A stretch of 64,000 nucleotides of DNA from Podarcis pityusensis (taxonomy: Eukaryota). The stretch lies in assembly GCA_964106645.2 (NCBI GenBank), contig OZ067050.1. The stretch is one strand, 5' to 3'. Position numbers and translations under genes: made by a program. Below are positions 25,393 to 39,202 of this stretch, piece by piece (the stretch's first letter is position 1; each line of letters starts with the position of its first letter). The notes beneath the pieces are model-generated. The model ran no database searches and was not told the origin of the DNA. It was given only the letters and a program-made list of their open reading frames with translations.

Positions 25393-27722
25393 GTCAAGGG
25401 CTTCCACACCTCTTCCTCTTGCCCCCACCTCTCCTGCTCCACTGTCTCCCAGGACCAAGCAAGAATTGAAGAGGGAGGAGCAGAAGCAGGTTACACGCAG
25501 ATGCAGTCTTCACATGCTGCTTACGCGCAACTCGGGTGGGGAAGATACATAAGCTGAGGTCAGGGGCCAGGCCTCTCTGTCACTGCAACTGCCTCATCGG
25601 GGGCACACCTTGGAGTAGCTGAGCAATGTAGGACTGATAGACATGCCTTTTCCCTACTTGTAAGTGTACTTTTGACAATAAAGAGTTACCTCCTCACTCT
25701 GGACATTCCTTGCCTGACAGCCCCCTGGCAGGGCCAGGACACTGGGTGTTTCTGCAGAGATGAGGCTCCAACGTATTCTATGGTTCCTGTCTAAATAGAG
25801 TATTGTTTATTCTGTTTTGATTCTTACAACCATGTCCTGCATCTTGCATTGTACACATTTTGTAGCAAGGTTTGTAGGTTTTTCTTTAGCTATATAGGGA
25901 ATGCCTTTAAAATATTCCCCTTTAGTGTTTGCTTACAACCAATAGCCCTGAGAGTTTGTGAGGTTACGCATAAAAATATAGGAATCTGACCACTGGGTAA
26001 ATTTGTTGTCTTATTTACAGCATTCCTCCTCTCTGCTTCGGCCCAACCTCAGCCTCACAAAAACAAAGTAACAAAGATGGAAGTAAGGTTTGCTAGTTAC
26101 TGGGTTATTTTCATTAGGTAAATAAATACCAAATACTTTGGTAGGCTGAATGCAAATATTCATACTTGATCAAATTGGCTCTTCAGACATAGATATAGAT
26201 ATAGGCAAGGCCCAATGCTAGCAGGTAAAAATTAAATCGGTAGAAAGGCATAATATAGTGCTAACATGCAGATCAACCTAGTTGTTCTTTAAGATAAACT
26301 TCTAGTCACTTTTTTAAAAAAATGATTATTTTTTTAAATCCACCCTGATCACCCTGGGAGCAGGGGGGAAGAGTTTATGGTTGAATGTGATGAGAAATAA
26401 ATGCAGGTCTTGGGGAAAGAAAGTGAGGGAATGGCATGCTGCTATGTATATATATAATTCAAAATGAACAGGGGAGGAAAGCAAGATGCAGAAAGAGTCA
26501 ATAGAGTATAGAACAGATATAGATATATAGATATATAACCATGAATAAAAAGTTGGCATTCAGTGGACTCCAAGGGGGCTGCATCCTAAGTCACCCCATT
26601 ACAAAACTGAGGTCAAAGCATGACATCAAAAACTGTATTGCATGCATTGCATCACAATTTCCGAAGAAAACTTTGGCAACTCTTTGATCTTCTACACCCC
26701 AGTTTGCCATCCATATATAAACATGTAATCACGATGAAGGTAAGCACAGGCGAACACTCAGTATGTGGGCAATAAACATGACAGCTTAAGAAAACTGACG
26801 ATGTTATAAGACCCGCCCCTTTTAAAAGTATGTTCTGTTGAAGCAGCATTTACTGCTTTAAAAGGTGCTTGAAGAAGAGCTCCAGGACTCTGGGGCCTAA
26901 TCTCCAACAAAAGTTAGCTTTTTGGTAGCCATGTCAAGGCAAACAAGATTGGCCAGGAAACAGGGTAGTGGTGAACGATGGGCGATAGCATTTATAGTCA
27001 GGCTATTTCCCAAGGGTTCAGGCCAAACTAATGTGTATGGATCTAGTCCCAGTGCATTCATGTTGTAATTCCGGGAAAGACAAGCTTACTAAAAACAACA
27101 GCAACATACTCTGCTACAGTTAAAAATAAACACAGCTCAAGCATTTTGTTCCTTTAACTTGACAGGGCGGAACCTCTTCAAACTCTCCTAATCCTAAAGG
27201 TTGCAAAGGGTCCTACTTTCACACAAGTGAGCCCAGGTTTAGGGGGCCCTGAGTACAAACAGAAGTGTGAGACTGGAGAACAACTGCAGCTCCTCAAGGA
27301 AAGGGAGAAGTTGTGCTGGATGCAATAAGAAGTGGGCATAAAAGTGTCAGAGTTTGTGGGCAAGTTGTGTTTTTCAACCAGCCAGTTTTCTACAAACAGT
27401 CCTTAATTTCTTTTCAAGAAAGTAGGATAGCTTGAGCCTCCTTGCTCCCCAGCTTTCTGAGACTAAATGCCCATACCCTAGTTATGTCTGCCCCTGGACC
27501 ATGTCTGTCCCACACCTCTCATCTCCTATTGCCAATTCCTCGAGGGGCCACTTCTGCAAACACATACTCAGGGGCCCTATTCCTGCTATCTTAACACGCA
27601 TGCATAAACATGTAACAAAATATCTGTGCACTTTAATCTTAAGTTATTGTGCAATACTTGACTTTCCTATACAGAGCTGGTATCGATATTTTTTTTTGAG
27701 AGAAACAGACTTGTGTGACATA

Positions 27723-28069
27723 CAGTGGTACCTCGCAAGACGAATGCCTCGCAAGATGAAAAACTCGCAAGACAAAAGAGTTTTTGGTTTTTTGAGTTGC
27801 TTCGCGAGACGAATTTCCCTATGGGCTTGCTTCGCAGGACGGAAACGTCTTGCAAGTTTGTTTCCTTTTTCTTAAAACCGTTACAGTAATACAGGGTGCA
27901 TTGCTTGAAGAGGTGCAGTTGCGACTTGACTTCGAGGAGCAACTCATAGCACGCAGTGTGGTAGCCTTTTTTGAGGTTTTTGAAGACTTTTTTGAAAAAA
28001 TGGAAACGGTGCTTCGCAAGACGAAAAAACTCGCAGAACGAATTAATTTCGTCTTGCGAGGCACCACTG
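27723..28069. mobile_element. Tc1/mariner-type MITE (same TIR family as 5513-5933)
   Basis: CAGTGGTACCTCGCAAGACGAA / TTCGTCTTGCGAGGCACCACTG; TA TSD. Confidence 0.92.
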
Positions 28070-28566
28070 TACCTGCAAATATTTTAGGCCAGAGGTAGCT
28101 AAACTTTCTTGGTCCAAGACCCACATTCACCCTTGGTGAGATCTCCAAGGTCTGCACACCAGTGGTAACACCACACTTTTCACCACAACCTACACACAGG
28201 GCAAACCCATGTACAAGACACAGTGCTCTGCCCTTCAGCTGAGCCATGAAGATCTAACTACCCCCTCCCAGCTCAAGTGGCCAGTTGGATGATTGGGAAG
28301 GGGACAATTTGCATCCCCATCAAGGTGTCCACTCCAATATCGACAGTATTTTTGTTTCTGCCACTGCCAACATTATGGGGAGGTGGTCTAGGAGGCAGGG
28401 GAGAAACATTTCCCTGGAGAGCTGGATCTTACAGATTTGAGATTTGTATGTGAATACTATAGTTCACCTTAAGCCTCTGGCTCAGACTAAGTAATAAATC
28501 ACTTTTTGAGGGGTGGGGGTGGGAAAGAGGCTTATAGCAGTATTAAAGATAGAACTTGAACTAAAA

Positions 28567-28702
28567 CAGGCATAGGCAAACTCGGCCCTCCGGATGTTTT
28601 GGGATTACAACTCCCATCATCCCTGACCACTGGTCCTGTTAGCTAGGGATGATGGGAGTTGTGCTCCCAAAACATCTGGAGGGCTGAGTTTGCCTATGCC
28701 TG
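28567..28702. mobile_element. Fold-back hAT-type MITE (136 bp near-perfect palindrome)
   Basis: CAGGCATAGGCAAACTC...GAGTTTGCCTATGCCTG; perfect 8-bp TSD AACTAAAA. Confidence 0.93.
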
Positions 28703-30195
28703 AACTAAAAGTACAGAGAATGAAAGGCTCAGATGGATCAGAGATGCAGACCAAGGTAACATGAATCAAGCCCAAATCCTAACACTTTGAATAGCAAGAA
28801 AAGACATTTGGGGCAGGCTCCAGCCTTTGAGGGACTATTGATAGCAAACCATTTGGTGAGACGACCCTGCTCACCCACCCTGCCTCCACGTGGTAAGTCA
28901 CCATAATGGACAGTGGCTTCTTCTTCCTCCCCCCTCCACGTGCCATCCAGTGAGTAGGCAGTGCAGCAGTGGTCACTGCTTGCTGCTGCCATCGTAAGTG
29001 GGAGAAGGCAGGCAAGTAAGCAGTGGCAGCTGCTGTTCCTATCAGGCATCACTGCCTGCTTGCTTGGTGGCAAGCAAATCATAGCAGAAAATGCTCCCAC
29101 TATTGGTGGTGCATGCTAAAGGGTGGATGCACCCAATTAGTGTTTAATTACATTTTAATTATTGTCTTTTCTATGTTTTTAGCTTGTTCTATTTTATCTG
29201 TGTAAGCGCCGCTTTGAGTCCCAGGCTGTAGAAATAGTGAGACAGAAATTATTATAATTGTATGATAATTATAATATCACAGTGAGCCAGAAACAGGGAG
29301 AGGTGGCACTGTGGGCAAGTTAGGAGTTAATAAGTAAGCCTCTCGTTAAGCACCTTGGGGCACAGTAGCTGCCCAATGAAGATAACCTAAAACCAGCCTG
29401 GAAAAGCAGCAAGGGCAATGCTAAAATATGCAATGAAGCACAGAGACAAGGCTAAAGGGTGCTGAGCTGCATTCTTACTAGCAGACAGCAGCCATTTTCA
29501 GAAGCAATGTATAATCTTACAGGAGTCTGCTGTGTCCTAATAAGAATGCTGCTCAGCAGCTTTGAAGTCCTGTGCCTGTTTTGCAGTGCCTACTTTATGC
29601 AAGTCTGCTCTGAACAGTCCAGTCTTGTTCTAGAGTGCCCAGGTTCAGAAGACCAGCAGTCTAGTCTCACAATGAAAAATGTCTGTGCACATACTAGAAT
29701 AGTTCCTGTAAACTCCATTAGCCCTCATGTCTGGAAAGGGGAGGGGGGAACCCTTCCTTTCACCTCTTAAGGTTTGAGGAAAACAGTATGTTCTCAACTG
29801 GCCCATGTTTACAGGAATTGTAACTCCCCCAGCATTCAGGGGGAGGGGGGAGACAGAGCAAAGGGTAAGGAGATCCTCTCCATATGTTGCCAGAGTAGAG
29901 ACAGGCTTGGGGTGGGAGTGGGTCACGATGGAATAATACTAACTCTCTCAGCTCTCATCACATGTTGCCTGAGCTGGGCATTTATTTTTATACCCTTGTT
30001 GTGGAAATATAATACAAGGGCACCATAATCCAGAGAACAAGTCCTTCTAGAAGATCAAGCTGCCTACACAACTCAAGCCTATAGAATCATAAAGTAGGAA
30101 AAATACTAGAGAAATTAACAGCAAACTCTGTCACTTTACAAGCACTGTTCTTGAATCCTTGCACAGCAGGCATCAAAACTCTGGACTCCTAAATA

Positions 30196-30383
30196 CAGTG
30201 GTACCTCTGGTTGCAGACAGGATCCGTTCCAGAAGTCCGGTCGGATCCCAAGGTTTTCGCAACTGGAGGTGCCTGTTCTGCGCATGCGCGCACGGTGAAA
30301 CCTGCAAAAATACTTCTGGGTTTGCCGCATACATAACCTGAAGGATACATATCCAGAGGTGCACGCAACTAGAGGTACCATTG
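30196..30383. mobile_element. Short Tc1/mariner-type MITE
   Basis: CAGTGGTACCTCTGGTTGC / GCAACTAGAGGTACCATTG; TA TSD. Confidence 0.88.
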
Positions 30384-30654
30384 TACAAGCATCCCTCACT
30401 CTCACCCAATTCCAAAACCTTGCCAGAGACGAGGGAAATCACAGCTGCCCAACTCTCTTATAGTCACTCAATGTTGCATTTATAGGAAATGACTGAACAA
30501 GACTAGCCAGGGCATGAACAGGAGCAATCTTGAAGGATCATGTCTGATGAAATCAGGTGCAAGGATACCAGACCAGGCAAGAGGGCAGATAACTGAGGAG
30601 GCAGCAAGCTTAATGGAAAGTTTCAGGCAGGCAGAATGCAAGTATTTGGGGAGG

Positions 30655-30831
30655 GGTCATAGACTCTGCTTTGCATGCCGAAGGTCTCAGGTAAATTCCC
30701 TGGCATTTCCACATAGAATGGGAAGAGACCCCTGCTTGAAACCCCAGAGAGCCACTGCCAGTCAGTGTAGTCAATACTGAGCTAGATGGACCAAGGGCCT
30801 AATTCAGTAAGGCCGTTTCCTATGTTCCTAT
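30655..30831 (+). mobile_element. Diverged tRNA-derived SINE (second copy at 40232-40390)
   Basis: Two dispersed copies share TGCTTTGCA...GAGAGCCACTGCCAGTCAGTG...ATACTGAGCTAGATGG; TTCCTATG-type tail. Confidence 0.65.
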
Positions 30832-32129
30832 AGTCCCCTACAGGCAAATTTCAATGAAGTTTTTTGTCTATAATCTACAACATCCACAGCTAATGAGCTG
30901 GGGCAACCAAAGCACCCCATTCTAGGACAAAGTTGAAAAACAAGCACTGACAGCCAAGGCCAATAATACAAGACAGCCGTAAGAACTCTATATGGCCTTG
31001 CAGGGATGAAAGAACAAGTTTGGTATGAAAGCTGTTACAGCTGAAGAGCCACCCCACTCAACCATCTAAAGCACAAGGCTTGGCACTCTGATCCACTGGA
31101 ACAATGCTGGAGCTCAGATGACAAGGTGGATGATGTTCCAAAAAGCATATAAATGTAATCTACACAATCTCTTTTATCCATAGCTTATGACTCACTTGGG
31201 AGTGTGGATTTCCCAAACACATTTGCTTAAAAAAATTATTTCAAGATACTTGAAATTAATACGGAATCAAAATACTACATGACTTAGACTAACAAGGATG
31301 CTCCAGGATACCAGGTATTTCTACAAAAGCGTTTCTCAGCATACTGATCTGGTGTGACATAATATTAAGAACACAAAGAGTGAGTTGGAAGTCCCCAGTT
31401 CATTTTCTATACTATGAACCCTCTAAGCAGCTTCACACAAGTCACTTTCTTTTCAGTCTCAGCAACCAGCTTGTGATATGCCAAATGTTATTATTCTGAC
31501 ATCTTGATATAAGGATTACTGAGACATTATTGTACACAAAGAACTTGGAAAGATACTTCATACTTTTACAATTCCCCCCCCCCCTTTAACCTTTCGCTCC
31601 AGTCATGGGCAGCATTCAGTAAGAAACGAGTTCTTACCTTGAGGCAAGGCTCAGCATGGAGTATCTATAAACTGCTTCTGAGCATGTGCAGAGTACCTTT
31701 ATTTCACTATTTCATAATCAACCCCAAACCAAAACACAGCAAGGAAGAGAGGAAGAACTTTCCAGAGCAGACAAGTTTTAGGCAAGCTTTAATCCCAGTA
31801 CTCACATTTTTAGAGCCACTTCTAGCTAACAGCAACAGGCTGTGTGTTTCCACAAAGGTGGGAAGTGAAGACTAAGATAAAGTCATTCATGTAGCAGCTG
31901 CTAAAATAAGAAACTAGGCAGAATCTAAAGACAATATCCCATGTAAAACAACACAAACCTTGGACACCAAGGAGAAGTAGGGGAAAGCTCTATTAAAGAG
32001 TAACAAGAAAAATCCATACTTTGATTACAAATCAGAAGACAGACACAAACATTCTTATTTAGTAAATCTGCCCCAGTTTTAAACAAACAGTGGCTATAAT
32101 ACATAAATGAATCCATGTCATTTTTAACC

Positions 32130-32890
32130 CGCTATTCATCAAACAAGTGATCCCAAGGCAGGGTATATCAAACTAACAACACAACAATTCTAGTAAAAAC
32201 AACTACACATTATATGGCCTATCAGTACAAAAAAAGTCAGTTGCCTAATACATCAAGAATCCACTTTTTAAAAAGATAAGTTTTTAACTAGTGCCAAACA
32301 CCTACCAATGTTGGTGCCAACCAGATTTCAAGAGGGAGGGAATTCCAAAGCCAGGGAGCCACCGCTGAAAAGGGTGTCTTTTGCTGCCGCAGTACCCTGC
32401 AGACCACCTGATTCACCCAGCAGCAAAAAATTTTTTTAACTTTACTTATTTTTGCTGCCAGGCAAATTGGGTAGTCTGCAGGGTAGCACGGCACCAAAAG
32501 ACACCAATTTTGCTGCCGCGGTACCCAGCAGACCAGCTGACTGCAGCCAAGCAGGTGGAGATGCTAGGAGTCAAGAGGTGGCACCTGGATATCTCCATCC
32601 AGTTGCAAAAAGCTGGTTGCTAGTTGCAAAATGAGACTGGCGCCTGGCTAATTTCAAATGCTGGCTGCAGCTCCCAAACCACCTCATATAGAGCACATTA
32701 TAGAATTCAAATCTACAGGTTACCAGAGCATGGATCACTGTGGTCAGGCTCTCTTTCCAGGAACAAGCTAGCAAAAAAGGTGCTTCCGGTGATGGAGATG
32801 AATCCGAGAGCATCCCACACCATGCACCCAACTCCATCAGAGGAAGCACAACCCTGTCCAGAACAGGCCATCTTCCCAATTCCCAGATAT
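32130..32890 (-). mobile_element. Decayed L2-clade LINE 3' fragment
   Basis: Minus-strand peptides LTTVIHALVTCRFEFYNVLY and FSAVAPWLWNSLPLEI typical of the L2 ORF2 C-terminus. Confidence 0.7.
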
Positions 32891-35800
32891 GGAAATAACT
32901 TATCCACAGAATTAATCTCCAAGCATTAGAGTGTCTATTCTACCCACTCAATAAACTTTGAAAATCAAATTGCTGTGGCTGGATAGAAAAGCTCCTAGGA
33001 GCATGTCTTGTGCCTGTGATACTTTTAAAATGCCACAGTGTTTCTACGTAGATGGCAGAAGATGGAAAAAAAATCCCACTAATGCAACACTACTCAAAGG
33101 CAGACAGCATGCCTTCTACATTACCTCTATTAACACAAAAAGCCCCTTAACATCTCAAAATCCCCTGCAAGTGCTTCAGGTCACTCAGCAAAGAAAAACA
33201 AAGTCAAAATATTGCTCTGAAGTTAAGATTACACATCACATCACAAGCAAGCAGTTTTGGGTAAGTGCATGAATATGCATACAGGTGGGGGGGGGTTCTT
33301 AGGAGACTCATTATTGCAGTCATGGAAGCTAGACATTGGTCTGGTGGATAAGGTAAGCAACTTTTTATCTCAGTGATAAATACACAACTCAGTGACAGAG
33401 CAAAGCAGAAGCATCCACTGTACTGACTAGGCCCAAGGAGAAATTATATCTTCCTCAACCCATCTAGTGAGAAGTGCTAGATTGGTACAGACACCTGCTT
33501 TCAAAGGATCACTCACTACTTTTGAATGAATAGTCATTGGAAAAGGAAATATTCTTCTGGTCAGCAGGGAGTGGATCAGACAGCAAAGGGCTAAATTCCC
33601 ATCGGAAGAGTTAGCCTTTTGTTGTGTGATTCATTATCCTGTGGAACAAGAACAGAAGAGCTGCAGGACATGTAGTCCTCATCTCACAAGCTGTCCCATA
33701 TTATAATTTATAAAAAAGAAGTGACTGAAGATCGCACATATAAGAAAGGTATGCATTTTATATTGGTTGGACATATTTTAAAATTTTATACTGCTTTTAT
33801 TGATTGGTCCTAATGTTTTCTTATGTTCTGAGCCATGTTGAGAGTTTGTATGTTTTTAACAGAATACAAATAAAACAATTCCTTTGGTAATCAGATAGGG
33901 CCTGACTGGTGGTTATCACATGGTGAAATGAAGAGTCAGAAGCTCTTTATTACCAGTTCATATGTTCCATGCTGAATCTTAGCAAACCCAGCTCTCACAT
34001 CACCTCTAGACAAACAGTTAAAAAAATACATAATGTATCAGCTCAGGGGATACTACATTTGCTTGTCTGGGCAGGGAGTGGCTGTACAGCTGCTGCAGGA
34101 AAAGGTATAGCCCCATAGCAAGCAGTTTGTGGCATTTGCATGCGTGGGGATGAGGAAGGTAAAGTGTTTTGAGGGTTGCAGCAATGCTTACCTCCCACAC
34201 AAGCTGGTATTTGGATTAGCCCAAATTCTTCCCGGCAGTGGATCCAGTCTAAGCCAGCTAGGGTTCCTAGCAGACTCATTGCATCCAGTGAGCAAAGAAC
34301 ATATGCTGAGAAATGGGGCTTAAAATAAAAAACAAATTCAGCAACGCATTAGGGAGTTGCATGATATTTTATGATGCAAAAAAGGAAAGCCCTAGACAAC
34401 ACAAAAGTGGTCTCATGCTACTCACACCTGGCCCTTATTTTCATACGCAAAGCATTTATAACCATTTCTGCAGATACAATAGGATAAACCAAAGTCCTAC
34501 ACAGCTCACCTACACATAAAAAACCTTCACGTTGCTGAAGCCTCTCCTTTCTCAACAAACTCACAAGTCACTGCTACTTCTGCTGTTCCTTCCTTTTCTA
34601 TAGGGAGTGAGAGACTCCAAAACTCATACCAATTGCTTTGTATTCCCGATAATATTCACTCTCATAGCCACCCTGTGAGACAGGCAACTATTCCCATTTT
34701 ATTTGTAGAAAAGAGCAAGATATGCCCAATGATGTACAGTAAATCCATGGTCCAAGTTGCGGTTTCTTCCAGAAACAAGTCTCTAATCACAGGGCTGAGG
34801 GCCATAATAGCTGAACCTCATTGCTACCCTGATCACAAGATATATTGCCTTTCTCCCAAAGAGCTCTGACAAACATTTTAGCTTCTCAAAAATCAGTGGG
34901 CAGGCTAAGAGATGGTGACCTGCATAAGCCACCCAATGAGCTTTAGAGCTGCGTGATCAGTTGAACATGGTTTCCCATACCTATTGCTCACAACTTTGGA
35001 CAATGCACAAAACTGCTCATGGCAGCCCTTTCTTCTGTTCGTCATCCTCCATGGCATTCACAATTGACCTTGCAATAATCACTACTGCTATAACACTTCA
35101 GTGTTTTAGGCATTTGGCCAGAAACTGATCGTTTAGGAAGGCCTTCAGCTGAAAAACTTATTTCCTTGTTATAAATATGTTAAGGTTGTTTTTGTTAAGC
35201 AGTCACAACTGCTTAACACTATAGCAAACAGCTCAGAAAATTCTATCCACGTTGCATCTAGCAAGTGCTTAAACACAAACCAGAGCCAAACCTCCCTTCA
35301 CAATGCCTTTCCTGAAGCATATTATCTTCACTTGAGCTGCTCCTCTACGGACATAACACCTGTCCACCTATATCCAATAAACCCTGTATTGTCCATCCAA
35401 AGCAAACCCTAAGCCTGCTTCTAATCTGTGCATCACCCAGTGAACCACTAGCACTAAAACCGTATGTCATAACGAGAAAATATGTAGCCTTTATATGGCA
35501 GTTTGAGCACTCTACCGTAAGAGTTCATTTAGTGGGATTGTGCATATATACAACTCTACACGTCTACCAAACCCTTCCTTTTTGTCCTCCTTTTGTGTTC
35601 AGGGACTTCCCATTTAGGAGGGGACAAGTGCCGCTGGGGACCATCAAAGCTTGTATCATCTCTCTCATATCCAGACTGTATTGTAGCCTGTGTCTGAATT
35701 TAAGTTCTCTGCCCAACTAAAAAAAGGAGAGTGACTCACTACCTCATTACAAGCAAAGTGACTATGTCCCTATCCCCACCACGACCCTGAAGTTTTGTGC

Positions 35801-36193
35801 ATGATCCGTATCTGCACATCAGTAGTGAAAGCACATAATTGGTCTAACATTGTGATTAACAAAGTGAGCCATGAATGGGAAAGCACCCAATTCAAATATA
35901 GTCTCAGCTATCAATTCACTAAGGCAAATCAGACTTTACTCAGTCCACAACTGACAATATGGAATCGGAAAATGGCTTGGTGCCTTGCATTGCTGTAGCA
36001 TTATGAACAAGAAGTGCTCCAAGTACTTAAGTGCAGTATGAAATATTATATACTTCTAATGAACCCATGGCAAGTCCATTCCAGCCCCGGATCACACATG
36101 ACCAGCACAAAAAGATAGGAAGCAAAATGAATTAACCCTAAAGGCTGCTCCAGAATAGGAGCTTCTCTGTATTGCACAATTTCTATCCCTGTC

Positions 36194-36195
<2 letters not shown>

Positions 36196-36227
<32 letters not shown>
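36196..36227. repeat. (CA)n microsatellite
   Basis: Direct inspection. Confidence 0.97.
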
Positions 36228-36229
<2 letters not shown>

Positions 36230-37723
36230 TGATCAAAGTCAGAATCAGCCACGCCTCAGTAACTCCCACTTTTGCATTGCCATGAGACCAACACAAAACT
36301 TGTTCACCCTTTGGGGGCCTCATGGGTTTATAAGGGTGAACAAGTGAACAAGTATTGTGTTGGTCTTCAGATTCATGGTTGAAGAGTCTACTGATTGTCC
36401 TTGTCCACAAAAGCCCCTAGTCTTATATTTGTATTTTTTACATTGTAACCCTAGCAATAGAAAGTACACATGTGCATACACACACAAAGGAAAGTACCAG
36501 CAACCCGCACACTTCCCTTACAAATTGCTTTGCACATCTCAGCAAGTCACTATTTATAGAACTTTTTAAATATACCAAAAAATGCTATTCAAATTTTCAA
36601 CACAGTATTTTAATTTTTAAAATTACAATAATGGGTAGTTAAAATGTATATTTTAAAGGTAGCAGTCTTAAAATATGAGAAATTCTAGTACAACCATCTT
36701 CTTCCTCATTCCTGTAACAATAATCCAGAACACAAAAGATGTATTTAAGGATGCAAACAAGACTCCTCCCTAGTATCCCCTGCTTTACCAGAACAAAACA
36801 AAAAACCTTCAATTCTTTAGCTTCAATCTCCTGTTCCAAGCACCCCACAGGCACATGCACACCCTCACACACACTCCTATCTTAGTGGGTCATTCTCCAT
36901 TTCTCAGTTATCTACTTCTGTAGGGGAAACCCCGCAAACTGAGATATTTCACTTTTAGTTTCCAAGGATAAGATCTCAGAAACCTTCAGCCTATTTTTGC
37001 CAATTGTAGGGATGAGAAAATATGACAAGAGCGGAAGGCAGCCACAGCAGCTGTTTCAGCAACTCCCAGCCTGGCCACTAGCTCTAGTAATACTGTCCAT
37101 TTTCAACACAAAGTATCAGGGATTAAGGGTGGTCTGGAAGAGATTCTCCATGACCATTCCACCCTGTGTTTGGGAGAGGGATTTGAGCATCCAAGTAAAC
37201 AAGCCAGCTAATTCAAATCATCACTAAGCAAGACACAATACAAACAGGTCAAACCAGAACAGGCTTTCATAAGGAAAACCTTATGAGACAGTAAGGGGTG
37301 GGAAAAGGAAGGCACTAGGCAGTCATTGTACACTGGAATTAGAAACTAGGACGGAGCAGGAGACCTGCTTTACCCATTGCTCCCTTGAAAACCAAGTAGA
37401 AAAATCTCCTGGAAGTACTCCAGAGCTGAGTAAATCACTATCCATTTGATACGTGCATTGAGATTACCTAATGCTGCAAAATAAGCAGGTGGTGTTATTG
37501 AGATGCTTCCTGAAAGCTGCAACAAAAGAACTGTTCTAATTTCAGACCAACAAACATCTTACCAAAAAGAGAAATTTCCCAGTATCCTACCCAAATCACT
37601 GAAATATTAAGCTATTGACAATAAGTAGCATTTTTATAGCTGCAAGTCACAAATAAATACTCAAATAGTTCTCTTTTCCCCACCACACCAGTCCACAGAT
37701 TGTGCCCGAGAGTAACAACCTAC

Positions 37724-38233
37724 CTCTTTGGTTAGATCACCATTCATTGGAGGAGCCACGGCACCTAGGTCTTCCAATTCTTCACCAAATCCTTGTTCTG
37801 CTCCATTTTCCCTCACTTCATTGTCTGGAACAGTTCCATCTTGCAAACCACTGCCATTCTCAAGGGCAATGCCTGTATTGGGTTGGGCACCAGAGACAGA
37901 ACCTTCAGAATCTCGGTGTACCAACCAGGCACTGACTTCTGTGGTGGGCACCCGGAACCTGTCCAGGGCCCTCACCTGGTTAAGAAGCCGTCGAGCTGTG
38001 AAATAATAGTCCAGATCTACACTTTTTGGATGGATGACATAGCCATCTAAAGTGTTCCGCAGGTTGTGGAACTGTGTCTGGGTGTAAGCAGAACTCTGGC
38101 CCAAAAAGATCTCTCGCAGAGGGGGAAGATGCGAGTTCAGATAAGTATCTACATCCACCCTCACACCTATTAAGCTGAGGAGAATGGTGAACTGGATGAG
38201 TCCTTCAGTGAAATATTTCTTCAGAGAAAGCAT
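37724..38233 (-). CDS. NFE2L1: NFE2L1 first coding exon (NTD: NHB1/TM1, NHB2 with DDI2 site W103|L104)
   Basis: MLSLKKYFTEGLIQFTILLSLIGVRVDVDTYL...EVSAWLVH...GDLTKE; 510 nt; GAG|GTAGGT donor; total CDS 764 aa. Confidence 0.98.
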
Positions 38234-38725
38234 TTCTGGAAAAGGAAAAGCAAATGCATGTAGCAGAAAATGTACTAAAACTCACGCTATCAAGCTAACT
38301 CTCCACAGTTATTTAAAGAATGAAAAAAAGTAATTAAAAATGTTCAAACCCCATTTAAAAAATAAAACCTAAAAGCAATCATTACCACCAAGAGAGTCGT
38401 TAAAGTTCTAAAGATCTCTCGAAGAGAGAAAGCTGTCTCCCAGCAGGAGGACTCCTATTTCTGCTGCTCTCTGCCTATCCAGAGACAAAAACTTTTGTAA
38501 CTAAGCCAAGGTAGTTGCATATAAACCCACGTGACTTACTGTCTCAAAGAGTCCACATGCAGCAACTTCCTTGAGTCTTAATTTCCCACACGGACTACAA
38601 GATGGGACAAGTCCTCTGGAACAGCTGCAACTTCACTCTTCCCTCCTCCTTCCTCTAGTCCAAGATTCCAGAGCAGGAAAATGTTCAAAGACTCTTCTGC
38701 TGCTTGCTTTGGGTTTCGTCAGAAA
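38234..38725 (-). other. NFE2L1: NFE2L1 5' UTR portion of exon 2 (long form)
   Basis: Polypyrimidine tract and tttcAG acceptor at 38727-38726; five upstream ATGs; internal donor and acceptor (see findings). Confidence 0.6.
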
Positions 38726-39202
38726 CTGAAACACAGCCAAAAAAAATGAAGGTGATAAAACACTAGAGACACCACCCTTTGGACACTTGGACTGAAACAC
38801 TTTGTTACCTATGGGCCACAAAGAAAAAAGTGTGCACAGAGTCTACATAATTCACCAACAAGTATATCTTGACACACACCAAGTTATATTTAGGTCAGTA
38901 CTGCCTGGTTTGCTTATCTTCCTCCATTTTATAGCAACATCATCTTTCACTTCTCTCCACTCCCCTTTGACTCCTCAGCAAGACACAACAAAGAACCAAC
39001 TGATAATAACAACCTTGCAAATAAAACTAGTGCCCTACTCGCTTTTCAACCACCCTTTATCCTCTATCCCAGCTGCTTACAGCCAATGATTTTGAAGTAT
39101 GCTGATTATGCTTTTATTCAGTATGAGTTTCTGGTCAATTTACATTAAGTACAAGTGTGAAGCCTGGCTTTCAGGTTTTAGAAGGGTGTTATTCATCAAC
39201 GT

